Below, piece by piece: positions 36,413 to 46,492 of a stretch of 52,937 bases of DNA (positions within the stretch are counted from its first letter, which is position 1; every line of letters begins with the position of its first letter). The position numbers were made by a program, and so were the translations under genes. Below the pieces are notes generated by a model. It ran no database searches and was not told where the DNA came from. It saw nothing but the letters and a program-made list of their open reading frames with translations. The DNA comes from Bacteroidota bacterium (GTDB lineage: Bacteria; Bacteroidota; Bacteroidia; Bacteroidales; FEN-979): the NCBI GenBank assembly GCA_037141915.1, contig JBAXBP010000003.1, forward strand, positions 1-52,937, in the 5' to 3' direction.

Positions 36413-37252
36413 TTACTTAACGGGAAAATAACCAATTTCATTGACGACTTTCTGTCCATCAGCGCTGAGAATCCAGTCAATATAGGCCTTGGTCTCGCCT
36501 GTTGGCCTGTTTCTCATATACATATAAAGGTAACGGGTGATGGGATAATCGCCTTTTGCAATTGATTCAGCTGTTGCATTGAAAGCCGGGCTTTTATCGT
36601 CCTTCTTTACCTTGCAATGCTTTACACCGCTTGCATAAGCTGCTCCACCGTAACCTATACCGTATTTATCCTTGCTCACTGCGTTAACAACAGCTGCAGT
36701 TCCCGGAAGGGTCTGGCAACTCGGTGCATAATCTCCTTTTACCACTTTCTCCTGGAAGAATACATAGGTACCTGAACTGTTCTCACGTCCGTAAAGCTTG
36801 ATCTCTGCATCCGGTCCGCCTACTTCTTTCCAGTTCCTGATCTTTCCGCTGAAAATACCACCAAGCTGTTTTATCGAAAGTTCGCTTACCGCATTGCTTT
36901 CATTTAAAAAAATGGTGATACCATCTTTGGCGCAAGGGATCTCGATGCCCAGTGATCCGTAACGCTCTTTCAGTTTGTCCATTTCCGATGATTTAAGAGG
37001 ACGGCTTGAGGTGCAGATATCGGTTGAACCATTGATCAGGGCCGAAATTCCGGTTCCTGAACCGCCTCCTGTCACCTGGATAATTACATCCTGGTGGGAT
37101 TTCATATAGATCTCAGCCCATTTCTGTGCAAGGATCACCATGGTGTCGGAACCTTTAACAGTGATCTTCTTAGGAGCCGGCATGAATGCAAACCCAATTA
37201 CTGCCACCAGGACAATACTTGCAATCAGTGCTAATTTTTTTCTGGTTTTCAT
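36413..37252 (-). CDS. pstS: Phosphate-binding protein PstS
   Basis: ITVKGSDTM, GGGSGTGI, RENSSGTY, YPITRYLYMY. Confidence 0.95.
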   Translation of the reverse strand: MKTRKKLALIASIVLVAVIGFAFMPAPKKITVKGSDTMVILAQKWAEIYMKSHQDVIIQVTGGGSGTGISALINGSTDICTSSRPLKSSEMDKLKERYGSLGIEIPCAKDGITIFLNESNAVSELSIKQLGGIFSGKIRNWKEVGGPDAEIKLYGRENSSGTYVFFQEKVVKGDYAPSCQTLPGTAAVVNAVSKDKYGIGYGGAAYASGVKHCKVKKDDKSPAFNATAESIAKGDYPITRYLYMYMRNRPTGETKAYIDWILSADGQKVVNEIGYFPVK

Positions 37253-37296
37253 TTTCTTTATTTTATGTTTTTTATATCTTTATCTTTTCTGAAATA

Positions 37297-37352
37297 TTTC
37301 GCTTTTCGCTTTTCGCTTTTCGCTTTTCGCTTTTCGCTTTTCGCTTTTCGCT
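37297..37352. repeat. Perfect heptamer tandem repeat TTTCGCT x8 (AGCGAAA on the mRNA)
   Basis: Eight exact copies, 2 nt after the porin stop and upstream of pstS. Confidence 0.97.
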
Positions 37353-37354
37353 TT

Positions 37355-38890
37355 TTAAAATTTCACCTGCAATCTCAGGGTCAGTACATTCTGGTGTATC
37401 AGCTTGCTGTAATCGTAAGTACTGGCAACACCATTCACAGTGTACGATGAAGTCACGTTACCGTTACCGGTTGTTGAATTCACTGTTCCTACCTTTTTAT
37501 TCAGAACGATATCGTAATCGATCATGAATTTGATGTTATCAGTAAAATAATAGGTGTAAGCAATATCCCAGGTTCCATAAGGAATATCAGAAACTCCGCT
37601 CACCAGTTTGCTGGCTAATACGTTGGTGGTTTTGGTAACGGTAGCAATCGTTGGTGTGCCGTTTGCATAGGTCGTTACCGGTTTCGGGTCAGGAGTTGTT
37701 GATGAAACATCATATTTTGCTGTACCGATCTGGTCGGCGCTAAGCTTGGTGTTGGGATTGTACCAGTCGTATCTTACGCTGATCTGGTTACGTTTGCCAA
37801 TGTTTTTGATCAGGTATACATACCAGCCGCTGAAATTCTTGCTGATGGACGGTGTACTTGTCGTGGTTTTGGTGGTCGTGGTGGTCATAAACAGAGTGTC
37901 ATTTTTGATCAGGTTTGCTGTTGCAACTGAACTGCCGGTAAAGGTGGCTCCGGGTGTTGAATTGACACCCATGATGTATTCGCCTTTAATGATCAAACCG
38001 CCAAGAACGTCCATCGACAACTGGGCTTCAAAACCACCCCATTGCTTGGGAGCTGATTTTCCAAGATTGGAAAGGGTGCTTTTCACGGTATAGTCAGAAC
38101 CTAATACGGTGGTGTTGTTGGCTTTGATAGCACCATAGTAACCATGGGCTCCAATGGTAAGTCCACCGAAGTTGCCAAGTTTAAACGTATAGGTCAAACG
38201 GGCCATCAGGTCTTTGTAATTATCATAGTCTGTATTCTGAAGAATGGTGGTTGATCCATCGGCATTCACCGTTGCAATACCATCATTCCCGTTGAAAATT
38301 GCCAACTGGAACTTCAGGGGAAGTTTAGGGGGATGAATTTCAAGTTTTGCTCCGATTGCGCGCTCATCCGGGTAAATGGCCCTGATCACGCGGGAACGTT
38401 CGGCCACTTCACGGTTACTCGAAGAATATTCAACTTCGTAGTTGGGACGGTTGAATTTACCAACCCATAACGAGAACATTTTCAACCAGGGGTCGTTAGC
38501 CTGGGCATATGCATCTTTAATCGTAATATTGCCGGGCTGGAAATCGGGCTGTAATACAAATACGATCCCGTCAATCGGTTCGTAAGTGAATTTTATTCTT
38601 GCCCTGCGTACCATGAAATAATTGTTGGGAAACACGTTGGAGGCTTCGTAATTAATCCACTGTGACTGGATATAACCCGATAACTTGATCTTGGTCAGCT
38701 TGGCCAGGTCGCCTTCGGCCGTTGCAAGTCTTTCTTCAACACCGGCTACTTTATCGTTGATGGTCATAACCTTCTGCTTTAAAGTGTCAACGTCGTGCTG
38801 GTTGCTCATTTGTGCTTTCATCGTGAGAGAAAGAAACAGGAACGGCAGCACAAAACCGCTCATCAGGATGATTCTTGTAAATTTCTTCAT
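37355..38890 (-). CDS. Phosphate-selective porin (OprO/OprP-like)
   Basis: Signal peptide, short coiled coil, KLSGYIQ, FMVRRARIK, terminal LRLQVKF. First gene of the pst operon. Confidence 0.85.
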   Translation of the reverse strand: MKKFTRIILMSGFVLPFLFLSLTMKAQMSNQHDVDTLKQKVMTINDKVAGVEERLATAEGDLAKLTKIKLSGYIQSQWINYEASNVFPNNYFMVRRARIKFTYEPIDGIVFVLQPDFQPGNITIKDAYAQANDPWLKMFSLWVGKFNRPNYEVEYSSSNREVAERSRVIRAIYPDERAIGAKLEIHPPKLPLKFQLAIFNGNDGIATVNADGSTTILQNTDYDNYKDLMARLTYTFKLGNFGGLTIGAHGYYGAIKANNTTVLGSDYTVKSTLSNLGKSAPKQWGGFEAQLSMDVLGGLIIKGEYIMGVNSTPGATFTGSSVATANLIKNDTLFMTTTTTKTTTSTPSISKNFSGWYVYLIKNIGKRNQISVRYDWYNPNTKLSADQIGTAKYDVSSTTPDPKPVTTYANGTPTIATVTKTTNVLASKLVSGVSDIPYGTWDIAYTYYFTDNIKFMIDYDIVLNKKVGTVNSTTGNGNVTSSYTVNGVASTYDYSKLIHQNVLTLRLQVKF

Positions 38891-38913
38891 AAACGTTAGT
38901 TTTTTGTTTGCGG

Positions 38914-38980
38914 CAAAATTAGAATTTGCCTTTACCGGCTATGTTACGCCAGTATTACCTTAATGTTAAATAATCGTTAA
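38914..38980 (-). promoter_or_regulatory. pst operon promoter: -7 element plus four 11-nt-period Pho-box-like repeats
   Basis: TAATTTTG at 38914-38921. TTAACG, TTAACA, GTAATA and GTAACA start at 38980, 38969, 38958 and 38947. Confidence 0.75.
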
Positions 38981-39038
38981 ATGGTTTTGCCTGTTAGCGG
39001 CAAGGGGAAGCAAATCCTGTAACAAAGATTTCTTTTTC

Positions 39039-41399
39039 TCAGGATTCCAGTGGGAAAATGATGGTGAATGAAGTTCCGTTATTTTGCTCAATCACCAGTT
39101 GGGCTTCAATCTGCTTGACAAGGATATCGACGACCTGCAATCCCATGGTCTTACTGCCATCCATTGAAAATCCATCTGGCAGCCCGACCCCTGAATCAGA
39201 GATAGTGAAGGCGAAAGAATTACCCGTAGCATGTTTTTCCAATATTATGGATATTTGTCCTTCGGAATTACCGGTAAAGGCATGACGGTATGCATTGCTG
39301 AGAAGTTCATTGAGGATAAGGCCAAGAGGAATTGCCGTTTCAATATTGATAATGATCGGTTCAAGCTGAAAATCCAGGTGAACATTCATCCTCCCATAAG
39401 TAGCTGAAATCACCGAAGCGACTGACCTCACATAATCAGGAAATGAGATCCTTTCGAAATCTTCCGAACGGTAAAGCATCTCATGTACAAGAGCCATGGT
39501 TCTGATCCTCAGCTGAAGGTTTGTCAGGGATTGTTTAAACTCTTCGTTCTGGCTTTGCGATTTCTGCATATTAATAAGGCTGACCAGGATAGCGAAATTG
39601 TTCTTTACGCGGTGATGTATCTCCCTCAGGAGGTTCTCTTTCTGCTTGGTTCCTTCAACAATTCCCATTTCTCTTTTTTTAAGTTCCTGAATATTTCTGG
39701 TTACCGAAACAAATTCCCTGAAATCACCGGTCTTTTGATCAAACACCGGGTTAATGGTGCTTTCTACCCAAACCGATTCATTTCCCTTTTTCTTTGCAAG
39801 GAAAGAGATCGAATGGGGCCGCCGGGTCGAAACGACCTCTGCAAGCTGCTGTTTAAGTGAGTCTATATAGCCTGTGACCACGAGGTCGAATAAGCTGACT
39901 GATATTAGTTCCTGGGGCTTATAGCCAAAGATGTCGGAGGCCGCAGGCGAAGTATATGAGAAATTATAATTTCTATCGATCCTTGAGATAATGTCAAGTG
40001 AATGTTCGGCAATGAACCTGTACTGTTCATCCTTCTCTACCGTCTTTTTCTGGACGAGTTTCCGTTCAGCCGCTTCATGCTGAAGCTTGATATTAAGATG
40101 TTCAATGTTTCTTTTTGACTTTCTATGACGAAGATTGATCCTCACGATGATACCTACCGCAACCAGGACGGCCAGCACGATTATCGCTAAAAGGAACTTG
40201 AAGATCTTTTCATTTCCTATAAGGAATCTCTGGCTAACATTCTGAAGCTCCAGCATCCTGTTCCCCTCCTTTAAGGCCTGCAAATTTTTCCCTGTCCTGA
40301 TAACGCTTATATCGGCATTCAGCCTTTCGGAATGTATGCTGTCATTCATGGCAACCATCAGCTTATAATTCTCCAGGGCATTCTCCATGTCGCCTTTTCT
40401 CAGGTAATACTCGTAGAGAATGGTATACCCGTTTTTCAGATAATAAACACGGTTATGTGTTTTTGCTTCCGCCAGGCCTGCATTCATATAAAATAAGCCC
40501 GAATCCAGTCGGTTTAACTTGAAAAAGTCACCTCCAACATTGATATATGAGCTGTTCAGGGCATCCGAATATTTTCCTTTTTTCCTTGCGGCCAGGGCTT
40601 TTTTGTTAAAGTATAATGCCTTCTGATAATCCTTTTTAAGATCATATACGTGAGCCATCCTGGTATACATAGTGCCTGCGATGGCAGGGTTAAGTGTATC
40701 GGCCGACAATGAAATAATATCATAGAGCCTTATAACCTCCGAAAATCGTTGTTGATCCAGGTAGATGCCACCTAAAGATAAATACACCTCAAGAATTTTT
40801 TGCTGGTTATGGATCTCATTGAAATATTTCAGGGATTCCATGTAATAATCAAGTGCTTTCGAAGTGTCTTTCTGCTCACGAAAAACATCAGCCATTTCTT
40901 CAAGGAATTCACCGGTCGCCTTAAGATCTTTTTTCTGCCTTGCCAGTTCAAGGCCTTGCTGGCAGGTAGAAAGGGCATTATCGGCATCCTTAAGATAGAG
41001 CTCGACAGTAAAAAGCGAATGGTAGGAGCTCAACATTCCTGAAGTATCCTTTAACGAATTGAAAAGCTGAGAAGCACACAGGAGAAAACCGACAGCGACT
41101 TTGTATTTCCGTTTATAAGCAAAATACTGCCCCATCTGAAGATATGCTTCGGCCTTTCCTTCCTTATATGAAAGTTTCATCGAATATTTTAATGCATCAT
41201 AAGCTATCGGGAACTCATCTTCAGGCCTGAGAACATTCTTCCTGAGTATGGTTAACATCTTATTTATATTGCGGATGGCACTGTCGTGCTGCTCATCGTT
41301 GCTGAGATGGCCATTTTTTGCAAGCAGCACTGATGGCAGGAAAACTGCAATAAACAGAAAGAAGAAAGATAAGCGGCGTGGTATTAAATCCATTCCCAT
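39039..41399 (-). CDS. TPR-repeat membrane sensor kinase with PAS and HisKA_2 domains
   Basis: Signal/TM, TPR-like helices, second TM, PAS (AEHSLDIISR), LLREIHHRVKNN, NELLSNAYRHAF, DSGVG. TAATTTTG at 41418-41425 places the start at ATG 41399 or 41393. Confidence 0.92.
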   Translation of the reverse strand: MGMDLIPRRLSFFFLFIAVFLPSVLLAKNGHLSNDEQHDSAIRNINKMLTILRKNVLRPEDEFPIAYDALKYSMKLSYKEGKAEAYLQMGQYFAYKRKYKVAVGFLLCASQLFNSLKDTSGMLSSYHSLFTVELYLKDADNALSTCQQGLELARQKKDLKATGEFLEEMADVFREQKDTSKALDYYMESLKYFNEIHNQQKILEVYLSLGGIYLDQQRFSEVIRLYDIISLSADTLNPAIAGTMYTRMAHVYDLKKDYQKALYFNKKALAARKKGKYSDALNSSYINVGGDFFKLNRLDSGLFYMNAGLAEAKTHNRVYYLKNGYTILYEYYLRKGDMENALENYKLMVAMNDSIHSERLNADISVIRTGKNLQALKEGNRMLELQNVSQRFLIGNEKIFKFLLAIIVLAVLVAVGIIVRINLRHRKSKRNIEHLNIKLQHEAAERKLVQKKTVEKDEQYRFIAEHSLDIISRIDRNYNFSYTSPAASDIFGYKPQELISVSLFDLVVTGYIDSLKQQLAEVVSTRRPHSISFLAKKKGNESVWVESTINPVFDQKTGDFREFVSVTRNIQELKKREMGIVEGTKQKENLLREIHHRVKNNFAILVSLINMQKSQSQNEEFKQSLTNLQLRIRTMALVHEMLYRSEDFERISFPDYVRSVASVISATYGRMNVHLDFQLEPIIINIETAIPLGLILNELLSNAYRHAFTGNSEGQISIILEKHATGNSFAFTISDSGVGLPDGFSMDGSKTMGLQVVDILVKQIEAQLVIEQNNGTSFTIIFPLES

Positions 41400-41443
41400 A
41401 TGCTGATCACAACCGGTCAAAATTAATAAAAACCCCGTAACCC

Positions 41444-43672
41444 CTAAGCAATTTTACGGTTTTTAAGAAGGAGGCTGTTGCTGACAACCGACACGGAGGA
41501 GAAAGCCATTGCAGCACCGGCTATCATAGGATTGAGCAGGAAGCCTGTAAAAGGGTATAGTATCCCGGCGGCAAGGGGTATGCTCAGAACATTATAAAAA
41601 AATGCCCAGAAGAGGTTCTGCCGTATGGTTTGCACAGTCTGTTTGCTGATTTTTAATGCCATGACCAGCTTTGAAAGATCGCCTTTCAGCAATATGATCT
41701 GAGCAGATTCAATTGCAATATCAGTGCCTGTTCCCATAGCAATGCCTACATCGGCAAGTGCAAGGGCAGGTGAGTCATTGATCCCGTCGCCTACCATTCC
41801 GACTTTCCGGCCCGATCCCTGTTTCAGGCTTATATATTCCGATTTTTCAAGAGGCGAGGCTTCAGCCTTGAAAAAATCAATGCCTGTTTTGGATGCAATC
41901 TGTGAGCTGATGGCAACGCTGTCGCCCGAAAGCATATGCACCTCAATACCCATTTCTTTCAGTTCTTTCACAGCGCCGGCCGATCCTGGCTTTATACTGT
42001 CGCTGATTGCGGCTACTGCCACCACCTTATGGTTACGTGCAATATAAACGACCGAAAAGGCCTGTTTCCTGATCATCTGGCTATACCCGGCCAGCTCCTC
42101 TGCAACCATGCAGCCGTTTCCAGTAAGATAAGTGGGGCTGCCGATATGATAAAGGTTCCCTCCGTAAGAGGCCGAAACACCTTTTCCTGTTATGCTTTCA
42201 AAACCTTCGACAGTGTTTCCCGCCAGGGGTTCAGCATTGAAATATTCTATAAGCGCCCCGGCATAAGGGTGCTCCGAACGCCATTCAATGGCTGCAACAG
42301 CGGCAGAAATAAAGGGTATATCATCGGTGATCTTCGGAACGCTTTCATCCCATTTGACTTCACTTACCGTGGGTTTCCCCGTTGTTATTGTTCCTGTTTT
42401 ATCAAGCACAATGAGATCAACCTTGCAGAATGTTTCAAGACTTTGGGCATCCTTGATGAGAATTCCGTGCTCAGCAGCTTTCCCTAGTCCCACAATGATA
42501 GCTGTTGGTGTTGCAAGGCCGAGTGCGCAAGGACAGGCAATTATCAGAACGCTCACGGCAGTAGTGATGGCATGGATAAATCCCAGGCCCGGGAAGAACA
42601 TCAGCCAGGAGAAAAACGTCAGTACGGCAATGATCATTACAACCGGCACAAAGACTGATGCAATACGGTCAACCGTTTTCTGAACCGGGGCCCTGCTGCC
42701 CTGGGCTTCCTGTACCAGCCTTATGATCTGCGCCAGCACCGTCTGGTCTCCCACTTTTTCGGCAATCATCAGCAAACTTCCAGTCTGATTCATCGTTGCG
42801 CCGATCAACTGGTCACCGCTCCTCTTTACCACAGATACGCTTTCACCTGTGATCATACTTTCATCGATCAGGCTTTCACCTTCTGTAACATGCCCGTCAA
42901 CAGGGATTTTCTCGCCAGGGCGAATAATAACAACATCCCCTATCCTCACCTTTGATATCAAAACTTCTTTCTCTTCCCCGTTCCGTATCACCCTTGCCGT
43001 TTTCACCCCAAGGTTCATAAGTTTCCTTATAGCCGTCGATGTTTTTGACCTTGCCCTTTCTTCGAGGTATCGCCCCAGCAGGATGAATGAAATGATCACT
43101 ACGGCTGCTTCATAATACATGTTGGAGCCCATACCCATTACTTCATGAGACAGGGGGAACAAGGTATTATACAGGCTGAATAAAAAAGCTGTGCCGCTGC
43201 CCATTGCAACCAGGGTGTCCATATTGGTTGAAAAGAACCTGGCCCTTTTCCACGCAATGACAAAAAATTCCCTTCCGAACCAAAACATCACGGGGCATGA
43301 TAAAAACAGCATGATCCAGCTCCTGTATGGCAGATGGGGTATGAACATCGAAATGACAAAAACAGGTATAGCGAATGAAAAGGAAGCCACCAGGTTGATC
43401 CTTGCCTGCTTCAAACGCCGGGCCTCACGGGCGTCCTCATCTGCCATCAGATTTTTATCAGTAATAAGATTGTAACCGATTTTTGCGACAGCTTCCTCCA
43501 GCTTCTTTAGCGGGGCTATTTCGGGGTCAAACTCGATAAGTACCGTCTGGTTGGCAAAGTTCACATTGGCCGAACTAACACCATCAACGGCCGAAAGCAT
43601 GCTGTTCACGCTTGCTGCACATGCAGTGCATGACATTCCTTCAACCTTATATATTTCCTTGATTGCTTTCAT
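41444..43672 (-). CDS. copA: Copper-exporting P1B-type ATPase
   Basis: [45 protein letters not shown] and MAFSS Cu(I) motifs. Confidence 0.95.
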   Translation of the reverse strand: MKAIKEIYKVEGMSCTACAASVNSMLSAVDGVSSANVNFANQTVLIEFDPEIAPLKKLEEAVAKIGYNLITDKNLMADEDAREARRLKQARINLVASFSFAIPVFVISMFIPHLPYRSWIMLFLSCPVMFWFGREFFVIAWKRARFFSTNMDTLVAMGSGTAFLFSLYNTLFPLSHEVMGMGSNMYYEAAVVIISFILLGRYLEERARSKTSTAIRKLMNLGVKTARVIRNGEEKEVLISKVRIGDVVIIRPGEKIPVDGHVTEGESLIDESMITGESVSVVKRSGDQLIGATMNQTGSLLMIAEKVGDQTVLAQIIRLVQEAQGSRAPVQKTVDRIASVFVPVVMIIAVLTFFSWLMFFPGLGFIHAITTAVSVLIIACPCALGLATPTAIIVGLGKAAEHGILIKDAQSLETFCKVDLIVLDKTGTITTGKPTVSEVKWDESVPKITDDIPFISAAVAAIEWRSEHPYAGALIEYFNAEPLAGNTVEGFESITGKGVSASYGGNLYHIGSPTYLTGNGCMVAEELAGYSQMIRKQAFSVVYIARNHKVVAVAAISDSIKPGSAGAVKELKEMGIEVHMLSGDSVAISSQIASKTGIDFFKAEASPLEKSEYISLKQGSGRKVGMVGDGINDSPALALADVGIAMGTGTDIAIESAQIILLKGDLSKLVMALKISKQTVQTIRQNLFWAFFYNVLSIPLAAGILYPFTGFLLNPMIAGAAMAFSSVSVVSNSLLLKNRKIA

Positions 43673-44522
43673 CAGGCAAAGGTGATGGGAAAATTAATGT
43701 CAAAACATCCTCGACCTTTGGGAATAACGAATTTAAAAGCTCCTGATTGCTTTTCATGATCTTATTTTTGATCAATTGAAGATGTTGCTGGTGTTCCTTG
43801 TCGAAGGTTTTTCTTCTGTGCAGAAAGCGGGAAATATAATCCATCAAAACCTGATTATCGTGCCATTCACCGATCAGCATTTCAGTTTGATTCAGCCTGC
43901 TCAGAATAGCATCCTGCTTGTCGTCGGTGAATACCATGGAAATAAGGGTCAGAATGGTAACCATGGCTTTCAGATGTTTTCTTATATCATGGATATTATC
44001 GGGATTTGAAGGATAATTGCGGAGAAGGCTTATTCTTTTCCCTTTTTTCTGTATAAATTTTTCAGATCTTTCTCTCAGGGTCTTAACTTTAATTTCTCCG
44101 CATAATTTTTTTAATGAACGTTCAGACTTTTTCAGTTTTTTCTCATCAAAATCCTGGACGATGTCAATGAATTGCCTTGAAAGTTTATTCTCCCTGTCTC
44201 TCAGGTATCTGATGAACAGAGCCCGTCCCTTTGTTTCGGGTCCGTATTTCTGAATTACCATCTGGTTAACCTGAAACTCCCTTATTTTTCCTGAGAAACT
44301 GAACAGGTTCCTGAACACATCGAAGGATTCCTGGCTGAATTTCTCAGGGTTAAGCATCTCGAACATCTCCAGGATGGCATTGATCCTCTTCATGTCGAGC
44401 CGGGTCCTGTGAATGTCCTTTTCGCTGCCTGTAATACTTGCCCTGTAAAGATTGGAGAGAAAAGAAGCAGTTCTTTTCTTGTAAAACCTCCAGTAAAATT
44501 CGCGGACTTTTGAAGAAGTCAT
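43647..44522 (-). CDS. CHAD-domain (phosin-like, polyphosphate-binding) protein
   Basis: [33 protein letters not shown]. Very basic and helical. Confidence 0.82.
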   Translation of the reverse strand: MTSSKVREFYWRFYKKRTASFLSNLYRASITGSEKDIHRTRLDMKRINAILEMFEMLNPEKFSQESFDVFRNLFSFSGKIREFQVNQMVIQKYGPETKGRALFIRYLRDRENKLSRQFIDIVQDFDEKKLKKSERSLKKLCGEIKVKTLRERSEKFIQKKGKRISLLRNYPSNPDNIHDIRKHLKAMVTILTLISMVFTDDKQDAILSRLNQTEMLIGEWHDNQVLMDYISRFLHRRKTFDKEHQQHLQLIKNKIMKSNQELLNSLFPKVEDVLTLIFPSPLPDESNQGNI

Positions 44523-44537
44523 GTGCTGTCCCGGGTA

Positions 44538-45083
44538 TTATACTGTTGCCACTTTGGTTATTTCATCGGCAGCTTTAGCCACAGTTTCAGGTTTGAATTC
44601 AGGCACCGGTAGCTCATGAACGGCTGGTTCAGGAAAAGAAAGATGCGAATTGAACGCCAGCTTATAATGCTTATATACTTTATTCAATTCTTTAAGTAAT
44701 GCGACGCCCTGCTTCGCTTGTCTTTCTTTGCGTTCCCAGGAAACATGCATTTCAAGCATGTCTTTCATCATGATGTTCCTGTTGTTCTTCCATGTACGCA
44801 TTGAATCGATAAGGGTTGAAGGGAACTGCTCTTTTAAAACCGAATACCGTTCCCTTGTCTGCAACAGTTTGATCCTTTTCAGATGCTGTTCCATGCCTGA
44901 AGCGGCCCCTGGATTCATGCCTTCTGTCTGAATGATCATTTTCTTCAGCCTCATTTCCATGATCCCGGAAAGGATCCAGATGGCTTCGGTATAAAATCCG
45001 TTTTTCATTGCATTGCCTGCAGCAATGGTCATTTCCTTGACTGTGTTGCCCGGTTTTTTAAATTTTCCGGCTTTGATTTTCAT
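44538..45083 (-). CDS. Hypothetical helical protein, HEPN-like with a degenerate Rx4H motif
   Basis: NGFYTEAIWILSGIMEMRL ... WKNNRNIMMK. Ends 15 nt upstream of the CHAD gene. Confidence 0.7.
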   Translation of the reverse strand: MKIKAGKFKKPGNTVKEMTIAAGNAMKNGFYTEAIWILSGIMEMRLKKMIIQTEGMNPGAASGMEQHLKRIKLLQTRERYSVLKEQFPSTLIDSMRTWKNNRNIMMKDMLEMHVSWERKERQAKQGVALLKELNKVYKHYKLAFNSHLSFPEPAVHELPVPEFKPETVAKAADEITKVATV

Positions 45084-45238
45084 AAGATATATTTTTCGGG
45101 ATGATCATCTCCGCTTCATTGCTGAATAGGCCGAATCACGACGTGTATTAAAACTTATGGTAAATATAGTCATTATTCCCGAATTCGTAATAAATGCCTA
45201 CTTTTGCCGTTGATTTCAATGAATTTAAACAACTGCTT

Positions 45239-46492
45239 GTGCTACGATTTTCAGGTTTAATAAGTTTGATCCTCTTACTAGGGGTGCTCAGCTGCACCAA
45301 GAAAAGTGAGAATACTGTGTTATCTTTTAATTCACTGGTTGCGGGTGGTGTAGGCCTTGGATCGGCTACAGCGTATAATGTTCCGTCAAATGCCACCATC
45401 GTTGCCACTATGACTTCCGCAGTTAATCCTGCCACAGCAAACAGCAATACTATTCTGCTCGTACGTGCTTTTGACACGCTTACAGTTGATCTTACGATTA
45501 CAGTGAATGGCAATACTATCACAATGGTTCCCAAGACAGATCTCGGCAGCGGGATCAATTACACACTGACTTTTACCAGCATATACGGAACCGACGGGAC
45601 CATAATGAGCTTTCTCTGGAGGTCTTTTACAACCAGTGGCAACTGGGGCCCCCCGGGACTTGTGGCTTACTGGAATTTTGAAGGGAACACCTATGACCAG
45701 CAAAAGAATTACACTGTTACATCGGTGACCGACCTGAATTATGCAAAATCTTTGAGAAATTCCCTGGGACAGTGTGCTGCTTTCAACGGAACCTCAACCA
45801 TGATCGAGGTTGCCAACGCCGATCAGCTTCTGAATACCACCGATTTCAGCCTTTCATTCTGGGTGAAGGCAAACTCCCAGTACCAGATCGACTCGCTTGG
45901 GAACCCCAAAAGGCAGATGGTTTTAGGCCTGGGTGATTATAAAGGGTTTGAGTTTGAGATCGCTTCAGACTACAGTTCATGCAAATTTCTTGCATCCTAT
46001 GCAGTTTCTAACGGCACAACGGTTACCGAGGAATTGTCTTTTGCCGGTGACGGAAAAACACAGAACAACGGTGGATTGCCCGGATGGATCTATTGCGAAA
46101 ACTTAACTACATCCGGAGGTGTTGCAGGCCAGATGAAAGATAAATGGGCTTTGGTAGCAATCACCTATAAAAGCTCTACCAGGATCGGCACGCTTTATAT
46201 CAACGGAGTCATCATGAAACAGCAGGACTTCAATCAATGGCCTGCCGGGGATCCGGCCAGGAATATAACTGGCATGAAGTATGGAGGCAGTGCGCCACAG
46301 CAGGAGAACATCTTAGCCATGGGCTTTTTCCATTCGGCCGGTTCAGAAGCATACTCAGGAACATCCTGGGGAAATTACTACTCTCCGTATGCTGATCATT
46401 TCAAGGGTTGGCTGGATGAGCTCAGGATCTTTCACAGTGCTCTCAGCAGCATCGAGGTCTGGCAAATGTTCCTTATCTCAAAACCTTATTGA
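45239..46492 (+). CDS. Lipoprotein with Ig-like (Big_5) and LamG/ConA-like domains
   Basis: Lipobox VLS-C, TITMVPKTDL...YTLT, LVAYWNFEGN, FSLSFWVK, FKGWLDELRIFHSALS. TACTTTTG at 45199-45206 favours GTG 45239 over ATG 45194. Confidence 0.85.
   Translation: MLRFSGLISLILLLGVLSCTKKSENTVLSFNSLVAGGVGLGSATAYNVPSNATIVATMTSAVNPATANSNTILLVRAFDTLTVDLTITVNGNTITMVPKTDLGSGINYTLTFTSIYGTDGTIMSFLWRSFTTSGNWGPPGLVAYWNFEGNTYDQQKNYTVTSVTDLNYAKSLRNSLGQCAAFNGTSTMIEVANADQLLNTTDFSLSFWVKANSQYQIDSLGNPKRQMVLGLGDYKGFEFEIASDYSSCKFLASYAVSNGTTVTEELSFAGDGKTQNNGGLPGWIYCENLTTSGGVAGQMKDKWALVAITYKSSTRIGTLYINGVIMKQQDFNQWPAGDPARNITGMKYGGSAPQQENILAMGFFHSAGSEAYSGTSWGNYYSPYADHFKGWLDELRIFHSALSSIEVWQMFLISKPY

Noticed and set aside
37186-37527. 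ORFs containing FRFSLFA repeats, and a CRISPR interpretation of the array
   Set aside because: The peptides are translations of the TTTCGCT heptamer array. The units are 7 nt with no spacers and there are no cas genes.
45148-45558. 136-aa minus-strand ORF
   Set aside because: Antisense to the Ig-like domain of the lipoprotein, with no independent motif.
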